From the IMG/VR virus record IMGVR_UViG_3300038393_001252: a stretch of 20,000 nt of DNA, one strand, 5' to 3'. The DNA is from an uncultured virus (IMG/VR IMGVR_UViG_3300038393_001252) (Duplodnaviria; Heunggongvirae; Uroviricota; Caudoviricetes). Position 1 is the stretch's first letter. Every line of letters starts with the position of its first letter. The notes under the pieces are model-generated. The model saw only the letters and a program-made list of their open reading frames with translations, made no database searches and was not told the DNA's origin. Below, in pieces: positions 6,490-14,600 of this stretch. A program made the position numbers and the translations under genes.

Positions 6490-9400
6490 ATGGCTACGGA
6501 AACAATCGACATTGTAGTCCGCTCGGATACACGTCGAGTTGTCCGTGACCTCAACAGCATTGGTGATGCGGCGGACCGCGCTAACCGGCAGATCCAGGCG
6601 CTGCAGGCTGGACTGAACCGGGTAAGCACCGCGAACTTCACACGTCAGGTCAACGCTGCCCAGTCCGCAGTCACAGGACTTGGCGCAGGGCACCAGCTCA
6701 CGCAGCTCCAGCAGGCGATCCAACAGACCGTCACCCAGCTCCAAGCCCTCAACCAGCAACTGGGCAATACCGCCCAAGCCTCCCAGCGCATGTCCAACAC
6801 GTTTGGCGGTAGCGTGCGGGCGCTGATGGGACCGCTGCAGGCTGTGATTGGATACCTGAGCGTCAAGCAAGTGCTCGAGTGGGCAGATGCGTGGATTGCG
6901 GCAGCGGGTAAGATTAAGGTCTTTACCTCCAGTCAAGCAGAAGCGAATGCTGTGCTTTCAGAGGTGTTCAAGATTGCGCAGACCACACGGCAGCCGCTGG
7001 ATGAAGTGGCGCAGCTCTACAACCTGCTCACCATCCAGGCCAAGGAGCTTGGTAAGAGCCAGGCGGACATGCTCCGGTTCACAGAGCTCGTGGGTAAGGT
7101 GCTCGCTATCCAGGGCACCAGTGCACAGCAGGCGCGCGGGGCGCTGCTCCAGTTGGCACAGGCGCTGGGCACGGGTACGGTTCGCGCACAGGAATTCAAC
7201 TCCCTGATGCAGAACGCGCCGTTCCTGCTGAAGGTGGCTGCGGACAACATGAAGGGCGTCAACGGTAGCGTGGCTACGTTGCGCGCCATGATGAAGGACG
7301 GGAAGCTAAAGAGCCAAGAGTTCTTCGACGCTATTATGAAGGGCGCTGGGGAAATTGACACAGCGTTTGCCAAGACGAACGCGACGTTCGCCCAGTCCTT
7401 CACGGTCATCACCAACGCCATTACAAAGTACATTGGACAGCTGAATGAGGCCACTGGCGCCTCGAATAAGTTCTTTGAACTGGCGAACTACATTGCTGCC
7501 AACATGGACGGGATTGCTAAGGCGATCCTCGTTATCGGCGCCGCGGCTGCGGTAGCGTTTGCCCCTGCATTGCTGGTTGCGTTTGGGGGCGCGCTAGGGG
7601 TGGTTGCTGCTGGGCTAGGTACCATTACTGCTGTGCTACTTGCGAACCCGTTTGTGTTGCTTGCGGCGGGTGCAGCGTATGCAGCGCTATTTGGCGACAA
7701 GGTCCTTATTGGCGCGGACAACATGACCACGCTGGCGGACGTCATTAACGTGGTTAAGCCAAAGGCGGAAGCGCTGTGGACAACCTCCGTTGCCAAGGTG
7801 CAGGAGTTTGGCTCCGAGCTTCTGAAGATTGACGACAAGCTGGGCGGAGTCGGTTCCACGATCGACGACGAGCTTTCCAAGTGGCAGAAAAAGTTTGCGG
7901 GGTTCACGGATGGGTTACAGTTTAACTTTGTTGGTGTGGTCACAGGCTTGGCGCGCGTATTTGACACCATTGGAGGTGTCATTAGAGGCGTGGCGTTCGC
8001 TATCGCCAACGGTCTGGGTTCCCTTCCCACTGTAGTAGACCAAGTCGGCGTTGACATGCGGAACGCGTTGCGCGACCGCATGGAAGAACTGGTGAACGCG
8101 GTCGTGTCCGGCATCAACAAGCTGCGGGCGCTGATTGGAAAGGACCCGCTGGGGTTTGTCCAGCTCGCACGCGAACAGGGGAATGCGAACGCGTATAAGG
8201 ACTATGGCGCGCAGGTTGCGAGCGCGTTCGAAGAAGGGTTTAAGAGCCAGGGCAAGGCGCTGGAAGGTGTGGTTAACGGCATCATTGCTGACGCGCAGAA
8301 ATCTGCGCAGGAACGCATCTTCCGTCAAATGCGTGCGGACGAAAAGACTGTTCCGAACCTGAACCTGCATGGCGCACCCACTCCCGGTATCGTTGACCCG
8401 AAGGCGGCAAAGAAAGCGGCTGCGGAGGCGCTTAAGATTGCGCGGCAACAGGTCGAGGATGCTAAGAGTCAGATCCAAGAGTTGCTGGACAAGTACAGGC
8501 AGGGGTTTGCGGAACAGACGGAACTGGAGCGCCATAAGCAAGTCATGCTCAAGGCACAGTATGACCAAGGGTTGCTGAATTACAGGGACTACAACCAGCA
8601 GCTTGAGGAGATGCAGAGCAATGAGTTCACGCGTCTGCAAAGCGCGTTGCTGGGTGCACAGACGGACATTACCACAAAGCTCGCAGAGCTGAAGGTGAAG
8701 CTGAAGCGAGCTGGCGCAAGCGACCAAGAGGTTGCGAACGTAACGCAGGACCTGACTACGAAGCTGGCACAGTTGAACGCGCAGCTTGAGAAGGTGCAGA
8801 ATGCGCGGAGCGAGAAGCTGGCGGCGGGCTTGACGGAGGCGTTGAAACCGGCTGTGGAGCTGGTGCGGAATGAAGAGAAGACGCTTGCGATACTCGACAA
8901 CAACTACGACCAGCGCGTGCGGCAAATGCAGGCGCAGGCGAACATTAACCAGCTGAGCGAGCGTGAGCAGTTCATCCTCACCAATACGAACCAGTTGCTG
9001 AACAGTTATGAAGATAAGCTGAAGCAAGTGGAAGCGGTGCGGGACCGCATGCTGGAACAGGGGGTGTTTGATGACCTCACGAATCCTGCAACGCTTAACG
9101 CGTTCGTCCAACTCAATAAGCTCATTGACGAGCTCCGACAGCGGATTGAGCAGATCAAGGGTGAAGCTCCAAACCTTTTGGGACAGGTCTTCGACGCCAA
9201 GAAAACGCAGGAGCTTGCCAACGAACTGGAAAAGTCGCTTCGCGAAGGAATCCTTAATGCGGGCAAGGATGGCTCTAAGGGCCTCCGTGGTTTTATTGAA
9301 GCGGAGCTGATTAAGAAGCCCTTCCGCATTGCTGTGGAGGCGGCGCTGAAGCCTGTGACGCAGAGCTTGGCGAACGGGATGGCGAGTGCGCTGCAACCTG

Positions 9401-11670
9401 TGATTGGCGGGTTGACTGGGATTATGCAGAACATTCTGCAGGGTAGCGGCAGCCCTGCGCAAGGGGCTGGCGGGAACTTTGGTAGCAGACCGGCTGGAGG
9501 CGGGTTGATTGGAAACGCGCTGAACATTGCTGGTGTGGCTGGAAGCATGTTTGGTGCAGGCGGGTTGACTGGAGCGCTGACGGCTGGTGCTGGTTGGATG
9601 ACAGGAGCGACGACGTTTGGTGGCGCAATGACCGCCGCCGGTTCGCTCATTGGTACAGGTACCGCAGCGGGCGCCATGAGCGGTATCGCAATGGGCCTCG
9701 GCGCTGTTGCACCTTGGCTCCTTGCCGCTTACGCCATCTACAGCATCTTTGCCAAGGACGGTGGCGGCCCCAAGCAAGACGGTGTGTTTGGCATGATTGG
9801 TAGCGGCATCGGGCAGGGGCAGCGCACGCTGGACCCGCAGATGCAGAGCGCGGTGAGCGGGTTGCAGCGCAGCTTTAACCAGATTGCGAGTTCGTTGGGC
9901 GGCAGCGGCGTTGGTATCCGGTTCGGCATGGGCGTTAGCAGCGACCCGAAGGGCGACAGCCCCACGTTCCTGAACACGAGCGTGAGCCGCAACGGGGTCA
10001 TTATCAACGACCAGCTTGACAAGAACGTGGGCAGGAGCCAAGAGGCGCTGCAGGCTGCAATTGCTGAGCAGACCACGAACGCGATTGTTGCGGCGCTTAA
10101 AGAGAGTGGCATCAAGCAAGAGTACCTGGACTACTTCGAAAGCATCCGCAGCACGATTGACAGTGAGTCACAGATTGCAGAGCTGGAGAACCTGGCGAAG
10201 TTGGAGAACTTGACGCGCAGCATGAAGGACATGGGCGCTGCGTTTGTGAACTTTACGCAAGCGACCGTGGCTGCGAGGGATAGGATTGCGCAGCTGAGCG
10301 GAGGTATTGACCAGCTGGCGCAGAACACGGCCACTTACATCCAGAACTTCTTTAGCGAGAGCGAGCAGCGCGCCCAACAGATCCAGCAGATTACGCGGGT
10401 GCTGCAACAAAGCGGGCTGGGCGTTACGGCTGAAATGATTGGCAGCATGAGCCGCGAGAACTTCCGGCAGATTGTGGAAGGGCTGGACCTGACCACAGAG
10501 GCGGGGCAGAACGTGTACGCGGCGATGCTGGGCGTGAGCGGGGCGTTTGCGCAGCTGACGGACAATAGCAAGGCGGTGCAGGACGCGGCGGAGAAGCAGG
10601 CGCAGCGCGAGCAAGATATTGCGAACGCGAAAGCGAAGGTGCAGGACGCGTACGACAGGGAAAAGACGGCGCTGGAGAATACGAAGGAGAAGCTGCAGAG
10701 CACCATCAGCAGCCTCCAGGACTTCCAGCGTTCGCTGGGCACCAGCTCCCTCTCCCCGCTTACCCCTGGACAGCAGTACGCGAACTCCAAGTCGCAGCTC
10801 CTGGATGCGATTGCGAACAACGGCGGTAAGATCCCCGACGGGTTCCAGGACCTTGCGAAGACGTTCCTGGACGCCTCCCATCAGATGTTTGCAAGCGGTG
10901 ACCAGTACGCTTCTGACTTCAAGATGATCCAGGACCTGACGGCCCAGGGCATCCGTGAAGCGCAGGACCAGCTGAGTGCGGCACAGCAACAGATCCAGCG
11001 TTTGGACCTGATGGTGGCGGGCATCCTTAGCACCCAGCAAGCAACGCTGACGGTGGCGGAGGCGATTAACCAGCTGAACCAATTGACGGCACAGGGCACC
11101 GCTGCTGTGGTCAGCGCCATCAACTCCGGTAGCAACTTTAACCCAACGGTGAACGCGAACAAGTTCGGCACTCACCCTGAGCTCGCTACCTACAACGGTA
11201 TCCCCGCCTCTAGCACGGACAACTTCAACGTCAACATCCCGCCGCAGCTCTACGCGCAGTTTGGCGGGAACAGCAACCCTCTTGCCGCTGTGCAGGCGGT
11301 GGCGTACATGCTGCAACACCCCAACGAGTTCCCGGCGCACGCCGGCGGCATCAGCAACATCCCGTATAACGGGTACCTGATGACGGCGCACAGGGGTGAA
11401 GCGGTGCTGAACGCGACGGATGCGGCTATTTGGAGAAGTGGGCAGGCGGGCGGCGGAATTGATATGAGCGGTCTGATTGATTGCATTAACCGCCTGGAAG
11501 ATGAAGTGGCTGAGCTGCGGAAGCAACAAGCTGACGCGACACGAGTGCAAATCGCAGCGCAGCAACAAGCGTTGCAGCATAATGCACAGGCCGTTGTTGA
11601 AGGCCTTGGTGGTACCATCTCCAAAGACAACTGGCGTCAAGATCAACGCGCCAAGACCACCCTCGAATGA
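6490..11670 (+). CDS. Tail tape measure protein (1726 aa)
   Basis: N-terminal tape-measure motif (ADAW...EVFKIAQTTRQPL...ALLQLAQAL..G.VRAQEFNSLMQNAP), a long Ala/Gln-rich helical body, hydrophobic Gly/Ala segments, and C-terminal HAGG...AHRGEAVL. Confidence 0.95.
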   Translation: MATETIDIVVRSDTRRVVRDLNSIGDAADRANRQIQALQAGLNRVSTANFTRQVNAAQSAVTGLGAGHQLTQLQQAIQQTVTQLQALNQQLGNTAQASQRMSNTFGGSVRALMGPLQAVIGYLSVKQVLEWADAWIAAAGKIKVFTSSQAEANAVLSEVFKIAQTTRQPLDEVAQLYNLLTIQAKELGKSQADMLRFTELVGKVLAIQGTSAQQARGALLQLAQALGTGTVRAQEFNSLMQNAPFLLKVAADNMKGVNGSVATLRAMMKDGKLKSQEFFDAIMKGAGEIDTAFAKTNATFAQSFTVITNAITKYIGQLNEATGASNKFFELANYIAANMDGIAKAILVIGAAAAVAFAPALLVAFGGALGVVAAGLGTITAVLLANPFVLLAAGAAYAALFGDKVLIGADNMTTLADVINVVKPKAEALWTTSVAKVQEFGSELLKIDDKLGGVGSTIDDELSKWQKKFAGFTDGLQFNFVGVVTGLARVFDTIGGVIRGVAFAIANGLGSLPTVVDQVGVDMRNALRDRMEELVNAVVSGINKLRALIGKDPLGFVQLAREQGNANAYKDYGAQVASAFEEGFKSQGKALEGVVNGIIADAQKSAQERIFRQMRADEKTVPNLNLHGAPTPGIVDPKAAKKAAAEALKIARQQVEDAKSQIQELLDKYRQGFAEQTELERHKQVMLKAQYDQGLLNYRDYNQQLEEMQSNEFTRLQSALLGAQTDITTKLAELKVKLKRAGASDQEVANVTQDLTTKLAQLNAQLEKVQNARSEKLAAGLTEALKPAVELVRNEEKTLAILDNNYDQRVRQMQAQANINQLSEREQFILTNTNQLLNSYEDKLKQVEAVRDRMLEQGVFDDLTNPATLNAFVQLNKLIDELRQRIEQIKGEAPNLLGQVFDAKKTQELANELEKSLREGILNAGKDGSKGLRGFIEAELIKKPFRIAVEAALKPVTQSLANGMASALQPVIGGLTGIMQNILQGSGSPAQGAGGNFGSRPAGGGLIGNALNIAGVAGSMFGAGGLTGALTAGAGWMTGATTFGGAMTAAGSLIGTGTAAGAMSGIAMGLGAVAPWLLAAYAIYSIFAKDGGGPKQDGVFGMIGSGIGQGQRTLDPQMQSAVSGLQRSFNQIASSLGGSGVGIRFGMGVSSDPKGDSPTFLNTSVSRNGVIINDQLDKNVGRSQEALQAAIAEQTTNAIVAALKESGIKQEYLDYFESIRSTIDSESQIAELENLAKLENLTRSMKDMGAAFVNFTQATVAARDRIAQLSGGIDQLAQNTATYIQNFFSESEQRAQQIQQITRVLQQSGLGVTAEMIGSMSRENFRQIVEGLDLTTEAGQNVYAAMLGVSGAFAQLTDNSKAVQDAAEKQAQREQDIANAKAKVQDAYDREKTALENTKEKLQSTISSLQDFQRSLGTSSLSPLTPGQQYANSKSQLLDAIANNGGKIPDGFQDLAKTFLDASHQMFASGDQYASDFKMIQDLTAQGIREAQDQLSAAQQQIQRLDLMVAGILSTQQATLTVAEAINQLNQLTAQGTAAVVSAINSGSNFNPTVNANKFGTHPELATYNGIPASSTDNFNVNIPPQLYAQFGGNSNPLAAVQAVAYMLQHPNEFPAHAGGISNIPYNGYLMTAHRGEAVLNATDAAIWRSGQAGGGIDMSGLIDCINRLEDEVAELRKQQADATRVQIAAQQQALQHNAQAVVEGLGGTISKDNWRQDQRAKTTLE

Positions 11671-14600
11671 CCGACCAACAGTTCATTGACTGGCTAGCAG
11701 ACCCGCTAGCTATTCGCTGCGTTCTTGTTGAAGCCGTCGTTAATTCCGGTGGCATTGAGCAAACCCGCTACCTCTCTAACCTGGGCTATGTGTGCTCCAA
11801 TCCGCAGAACCCGACGGTGCTGCTGGACTACGAAGCGCTCATTGTTGGCGGTTGTGAAATTGAAGAGACGTTGAACCTGGATGGTGGCTTCAGCTTCACC
11901 ATCGGGGACGTGGAGATTAACAACACTGGCGGAGAGCGGGACAGCTGGCTGAGCGACATTTGGCGCAACAGGAGCTTGCTGATGTACGTGGGGGACGTGC
12001 GGTGGCCCCGCACGGACTTCAGGCTGGTGTTCCGCGGCATCATTGCAGACATTGGCAGCAGAAGCCGGAACGTGCTGAACCTTACGATGCGGGATAACCT
12101 GCAGAGGTTGAACACGGCGATTACGGAAGCGAAGCTGGGCGGAGATGGGAACCTGGCGGATAAGCTGCTGCCGTTGTGCTTTGGAGAGGTGCACAATATT
12201 GAGCCGGTACTGGTTGACAAGGCGCTGCTCAAGTATCAAGTCCACCAAGGCACGATCGAATCCATTATTGAGGTCCGTGACAACGGAATCCCCGTCACAG
12301 CACAGTCAACCCTTACGGACGGGAAGTTTACGCTGGCCAAGGCGCCCTATGGACAGCTGACGTGCAGTGTGCAGGGGGATGCGACTGGTGGGTACACGAA
12401 CCAAGTCGCGCCTCTTATCCAACGTATCATTACCAGTTACGGGCCATACGACACCCGCTTTGCGCCCACGGAAGTTGACACCACCAGCTTCAACACCTTC
12501 ACATTCGTTAACCCACAGGCGGTTGGCGTTTACATTACGGACCGTGCCAACATCCTTGAAGTGTGCAACGCGCTAGCGTCGAGCATCGGTGCGCAGTTAA
12601 CCTGCACACCTACGGGGTTGGCAAGGCTGATTAAGATTGAGCTTCCGGTGAGCGGTAAGTCACCTACGTTGGTGAACGGAAGTAACATTAAAGAAAAGAC
12701 GTTGCAGTTGGTGGAACGAGTCCCTGTAAAGGGTTCGGTGAAGCTGGGGTACTGCAAGAACTGGACGGTGCAAGACGGCATGCAGAGCGGTGTGGTCACA
12801 GACCATAAGGCTATGTATGCGGAGGAGTGGTTGACCACGACGCTGCAGAACAGTGCGGTGTTGAACGCGTATAAGATTACGGGGGAACCGGAACAGGAAG
12901 ACACGCTGTTGCTGACGAAGGCGCATGCGGATGCGGAAACGAGCAGGCGGTTAACGCTGTGGAAGACCCCGCGGGCGGTTTACCAATATGAAGGCTTCCC
13001 TGAGCTCATGTTGGAGGAGCTTGGCGGTGCGCAGTCCATTTCGAATGGACGGTTTGGCTTTGGGCTGCCCACGGACGCACAGATCATTGGCGTGAAGCGG
13101 AACTGGCTGACCTGTACGCCCACGTTCCAGATCCTGACCACAGTAGCGATCAATGTGGCGCAGGCACCAAACGCACCTCCCGCCCCGCTCCCGCCTCCTG
13201 CACCTCAGGTCCCTGTTCCCCCGCCTCCGTCCCCAATCCCGGCACCTCCACCACCTGCGCCTATTCCCGCACCTCCCCCACCTGTCACCGCAGACGGGTG
13301 GCCTACGAAGGTGCTGGCGGCGTACTATGTGGGCTGGGACCAGACGGTTAACATCCGGAATATTACGCAGGACTTTAACGTCCTGTACCTGTTCAACGCT
13401 CACTTTGACGCTGGCAACGGTGCTGCCAACTGGCCCTGGCCTGGGTTCCCCGCGAACAGTGATATCCAGGCTTGCAGGCAGCGTGGCCAAAAGGTCATCC
13501 TCTCCGTTGGCGGTTCCGGGTTTGCATTCCCGTTCCAGAACCGGACGCAGAGCCAGAACTTCGTTAACTCTATCGTAACCATCTGCAGCACCTTTGGCGG
13601 TCTTGACGGCGTAGACTTCAACAACTACGAAGGCCAGACCACGATGGTGATCAGTGAGCTGGTCTGGATCTGCGGTGAGCTGCGGCGGTTGTTGGGTGCT
13701 GGGTTCGGGTTCACCTCCCCGCCTGGCGGTAACAACACGGGTGGCGGTAACGTGAACGGGATTAGCGGCAGCACAGGATATGACCTGAACCTGGCAGCGG
13801 CGCTGAATGATGCTGGGTTGCTAACGTATGTGGCGCCGCAGTATTATGACTGGAGCTACTACAACCAGCCTGGAACGATTTCGGGCCGGAACGAGGATTG
13901 GGTATCGCGCCTGGGTGCGGATAGAGTCGTGCTTGGTACCTCCGCTCCCAACTACCCGCCCCCGGGGCAAAGCGGCACAGGCACTCCCCTCAACATTGCC
14001 ACAAGCGAATGGGACATCTGTTTGTCCCGCCACCCAACGCAGCGCGGCGCGATGTGCTGGCACGCGCAGTACAACGCCGCTTCTGGAAACCAGTGGTCCA
14101 ACGCAATGAAGGGGAGGGTGCAACCCCAAACCGCGCCTCCGCCTTCCGCTCCGCCCCCGCCACCCGCACCTTCTGCCGCAGCCTCCTACCCCTTCGGTTC
14201 CCGCCTGGACAACCCCACGGGCGCCTACCCGTTCGGCATCATGCCCACCTCCATGTCGCAGCAAGACATGGACACCACCATTAAGCTGTTCTACAACGCT
14301 TGGCGTGACCGGAACCTGCGGAACATGGCGGGCACCACGCTGCCGAGCGACGCGTATGTGGTGCGGTTTGGAGACAGCACGACGTATGCCACGGTCGTTG
14401 AGGGCTTGGGCATGGGCATGCTCATCATGGTGCTCATGGCAGGCTATGACCCGAACACGAAGATTTACTTCGACGGGTTGTTCAAGACTGCGCGGACGCG
14501 AAGTGCGTACACCCTGGGCACGCCGTACCTGGCTGAGTGGAGGCTGAACTTCGACGGTAGCAGCGGTGGGCAGGGTTACAACGCGATGGACGGAGACATG

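Noticed and set aside
7915..11646. Long minus-strand ORFs (734 aa and 492 aa) opposite the tape measure gene
   Set aside because: Expected stop-poor antisense frames with non-protein-like L/R/H/Q-rich composition.
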